From: Amoebidium appalachense | Taxonomy: Eukaryota; Protista; Ichthyosporea | Length of the DNA stretch: 64,000 nucleotides | NCBI GenBank assembly: GCA_963693365.1 | Contig: CAVNZM010000006.1 | Span: 310,001 to 374,000, forward strand | Direction of reading: 5' to 3' | Shown: positions 1 through 11,554 of the stretch, in pieces | How positions within the stretch are numbered: position 1 is the stretch's first letter | Layout: each line of letters starts with the position of its first letter | Position numbers and translations under genes: made by a program | The notes under the pieces: generated by a model | Seen by the model: the letters and a program-made list of their open reading frames with translations, nothing else | What the model was told of the DNA's origin: nothing | Database searches by the model: none

Positions 1-45
1 GGGGGGGGGTGGGGGTGGGGGAGATGGGGGTGTAGTGGGGGGGGG

Positions 46-182
46 ATTAGAGTGTGTCACAGAATACCAAATATCTGTCCATGACAAATCACACAATGCC
101 GAGTGCACCACACAAGAGTATTGCATCTAAAGCAGACCCCATCCATAAAATGGCCCCAAGTCATCAAAAGTACACGAGTGTG
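46..182 (-). mobile_element. Old diverged retroelement 3' end
   Basis: AAGCAGACCCCATCC...GGCCCCAAGTCATC resembles the family's AAGCAGAGCCCATCC...GGCCCAAGTCAT; follows a poly-G run. Confidence 0.4.
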
Positions 183-359
183 GAAGGGGGAGAGAGGGGG
201 GGGTGGGGGGTCAGTATGGGATTGCGGTAGTTCCTAGTACACGGATGAAGACACACAAGGCACACACACAGACAGACAAAGGGTAAACACGTGTCAGCAT
301 GCCCAGGCACCCCTTGGTGCGTCGACCAATCACATGATGACTTTAAGGGTTTAACTCAC

Positions 360-1963
360 AGCCAGAAGGTCGATAGCCAATGGGGACATAGCAGGCAGCA
401 GACGGTCCAATGGCTGGGGGCTGTGGCTGGGGAAGTTGGGGTTGTAGTCGGGTAGCCGCACCACATCCGGCCATGAGGCCTGCGTGGGTGTGCCCAGCAC
501 CCTGCATTGTATAGCCATACATGGTTAGTGGGTGGGTGTGGGGATTGGTGGATGTAATGTAGGATATATGGTTAGTGGTTGGTTGTGGGGATTGGTGCAT
601 GTGTGCACTAGGCGGCGGGTCACAGTCCTTCACAAGGGCATCCGTGCATGCAGGAGGGCCCGCCGGCGATCCCCCATCACTGACAACTCAAGGTATGTTC
701 ACACACACACACAGGTGCGCGTGAACACACGTACATGCATCACACAGGCACACCAACACACGAGCACAATGAAAACACCTACGTGTACATAACATACATG
801 CACACCACAGGCACACGGGTACACACACAACCATCTGCCACACACGGGCGGAACGGGCAATGCACACAAACCCACCCACCCACCCACCCACCCACAACCA
901 CCCACCCACCCATCAACCCCCCCACACCCACCTACCCACCTGAATATCTTGAACAGTTGGTCGATCTCGCTGTCGCCAGCAAACAGTGGCCTCCGTGTGG
1001 CCACCTCGGCAAAGATGCAGCCCACACTCCACATGTCCACAGGCGTCGAGTATCTGTACCAAAGGGGGAGGGGGGGGGGAGGGGTGTGTGGGGAGGGAGG
1101 GGGTCACCGGTCAGGATGAGAGGAAAGCAGTGGTTGTGCAAATTGGGCAACTCGATTGCTTGGAAAGGTTCAGGAATCAGGCACATTGCAGGGAGGGAGG
1201 GGCGGAGGGGGGGGTAAACGGGGAGGGGGTGGGGGGGGGGGGGGGGGGGGGGGTGGGGAGGGGGGTCATGGACGTAGTGTTGGCTACATAAGCACATGCA
1301 CATCACTGAATAAGTGCTCCACAGTGTGTGCATATGCGCCACATGCGCACGTGCACATGCCATCACACACACCTCTGGCAGCCCAGCAGAATCTCCGGTG
1401 CGCGATACCACAGAGTCACCACCTCATGGGTGTAGATGGGCAGGGGGGTGGACAGTGCACGAGACAGCCCAAAATCGGCAAGCTTGACCGTGCCATTCTC
1501 CCCTGGGGGATGGTGTGAGAACATGGGGCAGGGTGCTGTGCATGGGGTGTAATTGCTTATATAGTCATATACAAAGTGTGGTGTGTTATGTACTTGTATG
1601 CAAAGGGTGGTGTCTATGTGCTTATAAGCACACACACACATGTACACTGAGTCGCATCTAATATTAGGTACAAAATTGGTATTGAATGTTGTGTCCATGT
1701 ACAAACAGTGCCGTAGTATGCCGTCGGGGGCAGAGCACCATTCAACGGCGATTGTGGTGGGCCCCCGGCAGAGGATAGAGAGAGCCCACACACCCCTAAT
1801 GTTTGTTCTGTGCTAGCACCACACAACACATAACTACGGAGCATGTCAGAAACCCATGCGCATACACATCCACATGCATCACCCGTGTATGCATACACAT
1901 ACACATTCAACACAGATGTACACACGTACATGTGCATACACATAAGGCACACAGGCACACGTG

Positions 1964-2016
<53 letters not shown>

Positions 2017-2116
2017 CGCATACCAATCAGCAGGTTCTGGGGCTTGAGGTCACGGTGCAGCATGCGCCGGGCATGCATGTACTGGAGACCACTGAGGATT
2101 TGCCACATGATGCTCT

Positions 2117-2170
<54 letters not shown>

Positions 2171-2426
2171 CTAAAAAGTTGGAGGAGGAGGTGGCAGCGA
2201 TGAATGTGGTGGTTGGGTGGGGGAGGTGGGGGGTAGGGGAGGGGGGATTTAGAGTGTGATAAAGAGTACGAAGTACACACTCATAACGGACAACACAACA
2301 GAGTATGCAAAGCACACATCAAGGATATGCAAAATAACCAGAGCTCATCCTCAGCGGCGGAGGGTGGGGACGGGAGAGGGAGGGAGGGAGGGAGGGAGGG
2401 AGGGAGGGAGGGAGGGAGGGAGGGAG

Positions 2427-2468
<42 letters not shown>

Positions 2469-3708
2469 ATTACCCCATGGCCTACACGGATGCACTATGA
2501 TTGCCTTACAAGCCCATCACATGCAGACGGCACACACGAGCGTACCACCACACACCCGATGGCCATGCACACGTAGCACACACAGACCTACAAACTCCCC
2601 CACATCCACACACCTAACAAGTGTTTTCCGTATCTATTGGAAATTGCACCTCTCCCTGCGCTCTAGCAATCGACCTCCGGGGGATAAAATAGAAAAAGAA
2701 AAGAAAAGAAAAAACTTATTCTGCACTTCCACGCACACCTCTACCTCCCTCGTCCACACCTATTCAAAGGCCACCACCCCTTTTTCCGCGCTTCTGCCCC
2801 TCCCCCCTCCTCCCACCCCGACCCCCTTCCCCTTCACCCTTTCCTCCCTCCCTCCCCCCCCCCCCCCCCCCGCCCCTCCCTCTCCCCTATCCCCCCCCCC
2901 CCCCCCCCCCGCCCCTCCCTCTCCCCCCCCTACTCCCCCCCCCCCCCCCCCCCCCCCCCCTTCTTTTTTTCCCCCCTCCATCTCCTCACCATGACATGCA
3001 GTGGGGTGAGGCCCTCAGGAGGGCACGTATCGATATACTTCTTGAGGTCCTGGTCGAGATACTCGAACACTAAAAATAGCTTGCGCTCGTGGTGGATCAC
3101 ATCCAGCAGCCTGCGTGCCCAGTACCGTTACACATGCACCATTGGGGAAGTGGTGGTGGTGGTGGTGGTGGTGGTGGTGGGGGGGGGGGGGGGGGGGGGG
3201 GGGGGGAGGAAGGGGAGGATCATATGTGTTGGTAGTGTAAGGGCATTGTGTGCGCACGTGCTAGAATGTACTAGAACTGGTGGCATACATACTCCACAAT
3301 TGGGCTTTAGTGAGACTCAGAGCACGCCAACAAAAACTGCCCCGATTTATCCGTGTTTACGACAACTGCTAAAAGAGAGATTTGAAAAGATATCGCTGCC
3401 AGGTGTCCCGAGACAGATAAACATAAAGTTGGGGGGGCTGGCCCCCTTCCCCATCCTCCCTCCCCTCCCCCCCCCCCCCCCCCCCCCCCGCCCCCCCCCC
3501 GGGCATTAAAAAAAAGAAAAGAAAACTAGGGGAAAAAAATTGAAGACCTTACAAACACGTTCGTATATACACGTCTTATGTATATCAGTACACACACACA
3601 GCCCATACATGCCCACGACATGTCCGACACCACCGGTAAGCACACACATACACACCCACCCACCCACCCACCCACCCACCCACCCCCCCCCACACACACA
3701 CGCGCGCG

Positions 3709-3747
<39 letters not shown>

Positions 3748-4114
3748 TTGACGATATTTGCGTGGCGCAACTCCACCAGTGTGGAGACCTCTCTGAGGGC
3801 GGTGGTGGGAACCCCCTCCCCAGCATCCTCAAGGGCCATCCTCTTCAAAGCCACCAGCTGACCTGTGTGAACATTGCGGGCCTGTGTGCACACACACGGT
3901 CAGGGCAGGTAGAGAGGCGGCGAGGATTGTTCAAAAAGTTCAACCGCACAAGTCGCAAAATTCTCCAAGTCTTCTTGTCCCATGTCGTGCACAATATCGC
4001 TCTCTCTCTCGGAAACCAGCCCCAAAAGGCACAAACGCACAACCACACAAGGGTGTGCACGCTCGCGTACATATAAACACACGACATAACACACACACAC
4101 ACACAAATGCGCGT

Positions 4115-4154
<40 letters not shown>

Positions 4155-4663
4155 GGAAAAAAGGCACGCACATAAACACGCACACGCCCACACACGCACG
4201 CTTGCAAACATGAACACACACACAAAAAAAAAAACACACACAAGCACCTAAACACACCGTTACAAAACACTTAAAAAAACACACACACACACACACACAA
4301 AAGGAGAGACACAAAAATCTCACAACAGCCATACACAATACACAAACAAACAAAAAAAGTGCTCTCACACAGCACAAAGATGCACCAAACACACAAACAC
4401 ACGAAAACCACACACCTACCGACACACACAAAAACCCATCCAACTCCATACCACTCCACATAAACACAAGTGCACAAAGCGCATAAAACACGCCACGTGA
4501 GCACGTGCACGCCACACACGTGCATCCCACACACCTTGTAGACCACCCCGTACGTGCCCTGGCCTATCTTCTGCAGCTTCTGCAGGTCGTGGTATGCTAG
4601 GGGCTCCCGGGGGCCCTGGGGCGGGCTGGGCACGGTCTGTGGGTAGAACACGTGGGCTGCCAT
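360..4663 (-). CDS. Cyclin-dependent kinase, CDK1/CDK2-like (PTTALRE variant); 7 exons in window, last exon beyond the left edge
   Basis: Exons 4663-4535, 3881-3748, 3110-2990, 2114-2024, 1502-1373, 1053-940 and 501-360, all GT-AG with closing phases. Motifs: [101 protein letters not shown]. Confidence 0.95.
2247..2356 (-). mobile_element. Old diverged retroelement 3' end
   Basis: GTACGAAGTACAC...ACGGACAACAC...TATGCAAAATAACCAGAGCTCATCCTCAG aligns to subfamily A. Confidence 0.55.
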
Positions 4664-5187
4664 GGCTGCGGGCACACAGTGAGTAAACGTGTTCGGTAGT
4701 GTTTGCGTTGCACGATGTGATTCTGGAAGAACTGGTGGCTGGACGTGGTAGCAAGGATGCGAGGGGGGCTCATAGTGAGCGGTGTTGAAACTCTGACATC
4801 AGCTAATGAGGGTTGCTTTCTCGGAGCGAATAAGGATTTCGGAAGTCCACGGCACAAACACATCTGCCATGCAAAAACACATGGGAACACGTACCGGTGA
4901 TGTTATAGGCTTATACGCGTCGGAATAGTAGCAGACCGAGACTTGGTTCAGTGCTTTGGATGGGCATACACTGAAGAAAAGCACAGGCCACACACAAGGG
5001 TTGTGTTTGTGCTTCTTTTTCTTTGCTTTGGTTTGGTGCGTGCCCTAACAAGGAATGACGGCTGAAACTAGAAGGAACAGACGCAGCGAGCTAATACGTA
5101 GTCCCACGTTTACAGGCAACACTATGAGTAATAGAAACACGGTTTTGCTTTTATAATGCCTGTGCAAGTGGTCGCACACTGTGCAAC

Positions 5188-5368
5188 TTGCGCGAAACGC
5201 TAAAGTTTGTGACACACACGGCCATTTGTTTGGTCAAAACAACACGACTAAACATGCACGTAGATGATTGGCTTCTTCCCAGCTTACACCTGTGTTTTGA
5301 TTGGCTGCATTACACATTCTTTGTACATTTATGGCGATTTTGGCGCGAAAATTTGGGCGGTCCAATCA
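5188..5368 (-). promoter_or_regulatory. Cell-cycle-type promoter: E2F site(s), CCAAT boxes, GC box
   Basis: TTTGGCGCGAAA at 5339-5350 (TTTCGCGCCAAA on minus); GCGCGAAA near 5190; ATTGG at 5267 and 5300 (33 bp apart); CCAAT at 5362; GGGCGG at 5355. Lies about 0.6-0.7 kb upstream of the CDK ATG. Confidence 0.7.
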
Positions 5369-5958
5369 GAAGCTGGCCTGGCATCTGGATCTGGGTTGCA
5401 CCAGCATAAGATGGCATAAGATAACCCTAGACATTGTATTGGTGTACCTCTGTGTACACTTGTTATAGCAATTATAACAGCTATTACTTTGTCTCTACAC
5501 AAAACAAGTGCTAGCCTTTGCATATAACGCCCGGCTTACAGGCTTATGAGCGCCCCCGCTGATCGATGATATGTTGAGGTTCATTCCCGTGTAACGTGCT
5601 TTTTTCCCACAGCCTACAGCACAACAAATGATAGCGACAGACTGAATTCGCGAGCCACAGTCCACGGCCCACAATTGCAACTTCAAGTCCCATGGCCCAC
5701 GTGTGCTGCCCAAAAAAAAGCCACAGTGTACACACGTGTTTAAGTAATCGCATTGTCAATGTTACGCCATAATGATATAGGGCACGCCATAGACGAAAAT
5801 GTGTGTTGACCTGATCTCGGCATCGGATTACGAGAACATAACCTCATCCCAAAAGCCCACTTTCATATACTTGCTGGAAGCTCAATAACAAGCCGTATGT
5901 ACGCGCAGCTTCGATCATACGCGTGTTTTACCCGAGTGTCCCTCTTGCCATTGCCAGC

Positions 5959-6336
5959 ATGGCGACTTACCGGTACCCCAGCTACAGTGCACGCTATCTC
6001 TTTGTGGCCGTGTGCGTGGGTCTGGCTGCGGCCACCTGGCTGGCCCAGCACCTGGTCTACCTGCCCGGGGTTGTAGCATGGTGGGTGGTGGCCTCCATCG
6101 CCACCCTTTCACTGTGTGCACTCGACAAGCTGCTTGCGGTCACCACTGAAAGGGGCACAGTGGGCCGTGTGCCTGAACGCCTTCTTCTGCGCCTGGCTTG
6201 GGCGGGAGGTTTTGCGGGGCTGCTTGCGGGGGTTGCGTTGACCAGGCACAAGACCACTAAGGGAAGGTTCTGGGCCGTGCCAGTGGCTGCGGCAGTGCTG
6301 CACGCGGGAGCTGCCGTGTACTTGGAGTGGCTGTAG
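5959..6336 (+). CDS. DUF1294-family small membrane protein, intronless
   Basis: Hydrophobic 125-aa ORF with the DUF1294 pattern LDK..A...RVPE..LL.LA.AGG.AG......RHKT.K..F; ATG in gccagcATGg context. Confidence 0.8.
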   Translation: MATYRYPSYSARYLFVAVCVGLAAATWLAQHLVYLPGVVAWWVVASIATLSLCALDKLLAVTTERGTVGRVPERLLLRLAWAGGFAGLLAGVALTRHKTTKGRFWAVPVAAAVLHAGAAVYLEWL

Positions 6337-6467
6337 TGTGTGCAGATGGCTTTTCACAGTGCTCACAGAGTGTGCTTTGAAGCTCTGACCGAGGACCTAG
6401 ACTGTTTTACTGGCCTGCAGTGGGGAGCACAGGCGGCCGTTCTTGATTGAAATTGTGCCCTCAGATG

Positions 6468-6680
6468 GGTAGGCATGATGTTGAGACACACGAGGTATGT
6501 AGGCATGATATTGAGACACACGAGGTATGTAGGCATGATATTAAGACACACGAGAAATGTAGGCATGATATTGAAACAGACGAGAAATGTAGGCATGATA
6601 TTGAGACACACGAGAGATGTAGGCATGATATTGAGACACACGAGAGATGCACGCAAGATGTTGAGATACACGAGGTATGG
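6468..6680. repeat. Minisatellite, 30-bp unit, about 7 copies
   Basis: Unit approx. GTAGGCATGATATTGAGACACACGAGRTAT in tandem with no spacers. Confidence 0.9.
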
Positions 6681-7438
6681 ATCGGAGGGCGAATACTCTC
6701 CCGTCAATGTGGCACACTTCTTTCTGCTGGTGCCCCAACAACTTTGATTCATAATCGTTTTTTGACGGCTCTGCAAATTCGTTGATTTCACTGATGATAT
6801 TCGAATGTGTTCAAAACAAAAGTGGTGCTATACTGTTTCCTTGTTTCCTACACCGTTATACTAACATCTCACTACTGCTTTGTCTGCAAAGCAGATCGTG
6901 TATGCTGCCACTGGTGGTCCGCCCTTTTTATTTGCCGGCAGTTTGGGCACTCCGAACATCGCGCATCGCGGTGTGCTTTGCTGAACTTCTAGGCCACGGC
7001 CATCTAGAGACTCAGGCCGTCCGTCAGTGACGTAATCGGAATTTTCTCATTAGCTTGCGCAAGATTTGAGTCTAGCGGAAGGTACGGTCTATTTTTTGGC
7101 GGGAAAAACTATCCCCTTAGATTTATCCGGCTATGGCAACAACGTGATTACGGAAGGGAGTAAAATTATTTAAATTCTCAAATAGACGATTCCAGGCATC
7201 TGATTGGATCTATAAACGAAACAGCCGATTACAGAGGGGCGGTCAATCGCCGGTCTGTGTGGCCTGCGCCGTTGCAGTTCACGGCAACGGGGAGCAGGTG
7301 AGGGCGGCGTGTTGACGGGACAGTATCATCGAATACAGCCCAGCATTACATTTCACACGTGGTGGGCTTAAGGCCCACCTCGCCCGCTCTTTGCAATACT
7401 TCTTTCGGCTTTTCATTTTCTTCCTTACCAACCCAAAG

Positions 7439-8230
7439 ATGGGCAGCCCATGTTTTGTGTACAACTGCAAGAGTAACTATGCTAGCGAAGTCCGCAAGAA
7501 TAGGGGCAAGGAGAACATAGACCCACAGGGAAAGATAAACCCTAAGGGAACTGTTTCTACCTTTAGGTTTCCAAATCCCGATAAGGAGCCTGAGTTATGG
7601 GAGCTGTGGTATAACAACTGCAGCAAAGCAGGGACCACCTGGGATGGTGTTGAACACTTCAAACAAATTTACAAAGACGGTAGGCCTTACGTTTGCGTTA
7701 AGCATTTCCTTCATGAAGACTACCTCCCAATAGGTGCTACAAATGACAGACACCCGCAGCCCGTTAAGCAAGTTACGTTCGCAAGGGACCCAAAGTCCTA
7801 CCCTGCCATCGCCCCCTGCATCTTTTGTGACCCACATGACCCCGCAAAAACCATTGTTCTCCCGGCGACAAAATTGGTGATTCGTACTGCAGCATTCAAA
7901 AGAGAAGCGCGGAGGGAAGAGGAGGAAACGGCAGAGCGCAAGAAAGCGGAGGAAGAGGAGAAGCAACGGGTTCGGGAGGAGAATGAAGAGCGCAAGTTGG
8001 CTGCACAACAAAAGCGCTTGCGCGAGTTAAATGAGCGGGAAGCAGCAGAGCGCACCAAGCAAGCTGCACTTGAGCAGGAAAGAGCACGCGAGCTTGCGGA
8101 CCACATTAAGCTACCGGACCCTGTCTTTATTGATCGTGTTTGCCAAATCGTCCAGTACCACCCGGGCTGGTCGGCCCACAGGACCCCTGCCGGCGTTGTT
8201 TTGTCTTGTTCAACACACACCCACGTCTAG
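7439..8230 (+). CDS. THAP zinc finger + coiled-coil protein (truncated P transposase N-terminus)
   Basis: C2CH THAP signature CFVYNC...FRFP...W...VCVKHF...AIAPCIF followed by an E/K/R-rich coiled coil. No catalytic domain; the stop lies inside an internal TIR fragment. Confidence 0.8.
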   Translation: MGSPCFVYNCKSNYASEVRKNRGKENIDPQGKINPKGTVSTFRFPNPDKEPELWELWYNNCSKAGTTWDGVEHFKQIYKDGRPYVCVKHFLHEDYLPIGATNDRHPQPVKQVTFARDPKSYPAIAPCIFCDPHDPAKTIVLPATKLVIRTAAFKREARREEEETAERKKAEEEEKQRVREENEERKLAAQQKRLRELNEREAAERTKQAALEQERARELADHIKLPDPVFIDRVCQIVQYHPGWSAHRTPAGVVLSCSTHTHV

Positions 8231-8247
8231 ATGGCCGTGATGCTTGA

Positions 8248-8469
8248 ACTGACACGTGCCAGTCGGCAACGATTAGTAATGTGACACTCAACAACTTCGT
8301 AAAGAACGAAAACTACAGACTGCGGTTGGAGGCGCTGCTGAAACAGAAAAAGAAAGCGGAAAAGGAGGGGAAAGGCGGGAAACCAACAAACCAAACCGGC
8401 CACCCCAAACCTGCACAGTTAGATCAGATGGTACGTAAGGAGGACGTTATCATGCACAGGGTAAGTTGA
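8248..8469 (+). pseudogene. Probable C-terminal tip of the P transposase
   Basis: TISNVTLNNFVKNEN followed by a basic tail resembles, from memory, the ends of P/THAP9-like transposases; it starts right after the deletion joint. Confidence 0.4.
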
Positions 8470-10891
8470 ACGTGTGATGAATGTATATAGTTCAGTGCTA
8501 GCAAATATACGAACTTTCCTACATCAGCTCTATTGTTTCCTCAATAGCAAACTGTCAATAGCCACGGTCAATAGCCACAGTCATATGGCAGTGTGTTGTG
8601 AATAGGGATAGATCTATAGTTTGCAGACTTAGTAGTTCGAAGTATAGGGGTTCTTGTGTTAGCAACACCCACACAACTCAGTGTACTCAAGCCAAGCACA
8701 CACTTACGCCCACGCATACACACGCACACACACAGACACAGACACACACACACACACACACGTGAGCATGTGGTTATTAGGGCACAATGTACACGTAGGT
8801 AATATTACATACCATTTGCATAGATTCGGGCTACATTTTCTTTGCGTCTTCAATTTGGATTGAGAGAAAAGGAGTAAAACAAGTAGAGTATTTGGGTTTA
8901 GCAGCAGAAGTTGTACCTTTAGGTGGGTGCTTGACAACTCAAACGTTAACAACAGTAAACAACGGGTTGAACACGGGTTGATCGTAGCTTTGGGGAGAAT
9001 GGTACACGATGAACACCGATACGTTTGTAACCAAAGAGACTTCTTTTTACAACGGATAAAAGAAAAAAGAGTGCCTAAGATTCTACTTGCATCTAAAACG
9101 TGTTGCTCTGTGTCAACTGTCAGTAAGAGGCAGAAAGAAACAACGGAAGCACTCACAGAAAGCACTCACCACCGAATAGCTGCTGCATTCAGTAGCGATG
9201 AAGGTTGCAGACTGCGCAGCCTGGGCTCGGTTGTTATCCCCGCGTGCCTTGAACGCGCCGTTCTACAGCTCTTCGACCAAGTTATGCCTTTCTTAGTGTG
9301 CCAACGTTAACACAAAAAAAACGTGACGTTCCGTGTTACATATGTGTCCGCGAATAGCCCGTCGGGTCATCAACAGACCCGGATCTGACCCATATGTGGA
9401 TCTTCTACTATTAGTTATCAGTCTAGATGAACCAGAAGTTGACCCGAATCGTTAGCATCGGAACCACGTCGCGATTACATAATCGTCGCACGTAGGAAAA
9501 GTAGACCGTACCCCCCTGTGGAATGCAGAATAGCCTTTTTTGGTTCGGTCGTCATTATCCCGGGAATCTTGATGGCGACGGACGGCCTGAGTCTCTAGAT
9601 GGCCGTGCTTCTAGGCTTACAAACCAAGCTCGGCCTCCCTTTACACCAGCTCGGAATTCCCGTTGGAATTTGTCTGCGTAACCTTATATGGCTTACCTCC
9701 AAGATTCGGATCATCTGATTGGCCTCACTTTCCGAAAGCTAGCATAAGGGCTGCCCTCACCCGATCGGAGCCAAAATTCAAATATAAGGGCTCTGAGGTG
9801 CATGTTTCACTCGTTTTTACTAAGAAAACCGGCTTTGGTTCATTATGAAAAGTTGTCGGAAATAGAAAAACGCGTAATAATGACATTAGTGTGTTGGGAT
9901 GTTAGACGCTCCCTTTATCGTCAAAATCGGCCAAAATCCGTCCGGCTAGCCTCCGACAGTCAGCTGCCTTGGCCGATCGTCTATGACAAAATCATAGTTT
10001 TTTCTAGTTTTCACCATTAAATAAGCGGCGGACACCCCATGTTGCTTATACAATAAATGTGTGTCGCGTTATGTAAAAAAATAATAATTAGTTGACCAAA
10101 ACCTGTTTTTTATTCATATTTTAAACTTTGATCACTTAAAGCGTCATTTGGTAGATGAGTAGACAGCCCTTCTCCCAGCCCTTCTTTACGTCATCGCATT
10201 TTTGGAACGAAGCAAAAATATAAGAAAATTTACATAGGCAATCCGAATTAGTGTTTAGCCCTCAATCTTTTTTGAATCCACTGTGGCACTGTCCCCTCCC
10301 CTTCCAGTTAAGACCAATGCTCAAGTTCCCCTTTCATCACCAACCCCCCCCCCCCCCCCCCCCCCCTTCTGCCCCTCTTCCCTTCACCCAACGTTGATCC
10401 CCACCCCAACCCCACTGCTATTGCTACCGCAACCATCACTGTCACCCTTCAAGTTTTTTTATATATAGAAATCCTTTTCTTCGTCCTTTGCCGTAAGTTG
10501 TCATGCCAGACCCACACCGCCCGTGTTGGACGGGGGGAGGGAGGAGGGGAGGGGGAGGGGTTGGGGGGTTGGGGGGTTGGGGGGGGGGGGGGGGGGGTTG
10601 GCCGCTCTTGGTCCTCAGACGGTCCTGCCCATGAGCAAACACTTTAAGTACTATTCTTGTTCCAAAGCTCTAGATAAGTGCTCAACGTGGAGCGAGCTGT
10701 GCACATTAACATTTTATTTATAAGCCTGAGGCTCTGTTCGTGTGTGCCGCTATGCCTCGATTCTTTCTGTGTGCGTGAAAGTGTGTGTAACACTGTCGGG
10801 CTCATGACCTATTTGTAATAATAAGAACTAAGTTAGTGTGCGTATCCAAATAGGCATAACGTTACCTGTGTGTGTTTACCGAGTTGTGGCC

Positions 10892-11180
10892 ATGGGTGCG
10901 CCGAAAGTAAACGTGACCGCGATCAAGATTTTAATGGTGGAAATTGCAGAGATGGCTAATCAGATAGCTATGAGGATAGAGCATATGCTCCACACTGCGT
11001 TCAAAGATCTTGTGCGCGGAACCTCGAAAAACGATGGGTCGATTAGTATCAGGAGCCTCGAAAAAGGCTGCCCACGGAGGCCGGAGACAATGTCGAAATT
11101 TCTTGCTGCAAACATGCAGTAGTATGTGTACGTGGCCCCCAGGTAGATATTTGAGATAGCAATAGCCAAACTCCTTTGAG
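10892..11180 (+). pseudogene. Non-repetitive coding-like segment interrupted by stops; unknown
   Basis: MGAPKVNVTAIKILMVEIAEMANQIAMRIEHMLHTAFKDLVRG...MQ* then continues with in-frame stops; no family recognised. Confidence 0.2.
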
Positions 11181-11523
11181 GTATTCCCCCCCCGCCCCCA
11201 ACCCACCCACCACCACCACCACCGCCACCATGCATGGCCATTACCACCAGCAAACGTTTAACGGCAGAAACTGGAGGCGCCTGCGGGCATAAGATCGAAT
11301 GTTCTCGAGGGCACGTCCAAAACCTGTCCACGTGCACTTTGCTGTTCCCGTGGCTGTAGTCACCAAAGCCTAACAGCTCAGTGATAGGTTGCTGTAGTTG
11401 GCAACACATGATGTGCACATCTTGCATGTGTGTGTGTGTGTCTGTGTGTGTGACTGTGCCACGTGTGTACGTGTGTGTGTTTGTTCTTTCTTTCTTTTTC
11501 TTTTCTTTTCTTTTCTTTCTTTT

Positions 11524-11554
<31 letters not shown>

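Larger units (their letters stand above)
6995..9607 (+). mobile_element. P-superfamily DNA transposon, 2613 bp, internally deleted (non-autonomous)
   Basis: Perfect 31-bp TIRs CACGGCCATCTAGAGACTCAGGCCGTCCGTC (6995-7025 and 9577-9607) starting CANRG. Flanking direct repeat CTTCTAGGC (6986-6994 and 9608-9616). Subterminal inverted repeat GTACGGTCTA. THAP ORF inside. Confidence 0.9.

Noticed and set aside
3900-4030. Coding-like or snoRNA-like segment in CDK intron 1
   Set aside because: Not needed for the CDK frame, no box C, and the CTGAC is better explained as the branch point.
6468-6680. 30-bp repeats as a CRISPR array (also 18475, 33452, 50693)
   Set aside because: Contiguous tandem units without unique spacers, no cas genes, eukaryotic context.
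8927-9310. ORF inside the P element
   Set aside because: No true ATG start at the track position, no recognisable motif, and overlapping ORFs on both strands.
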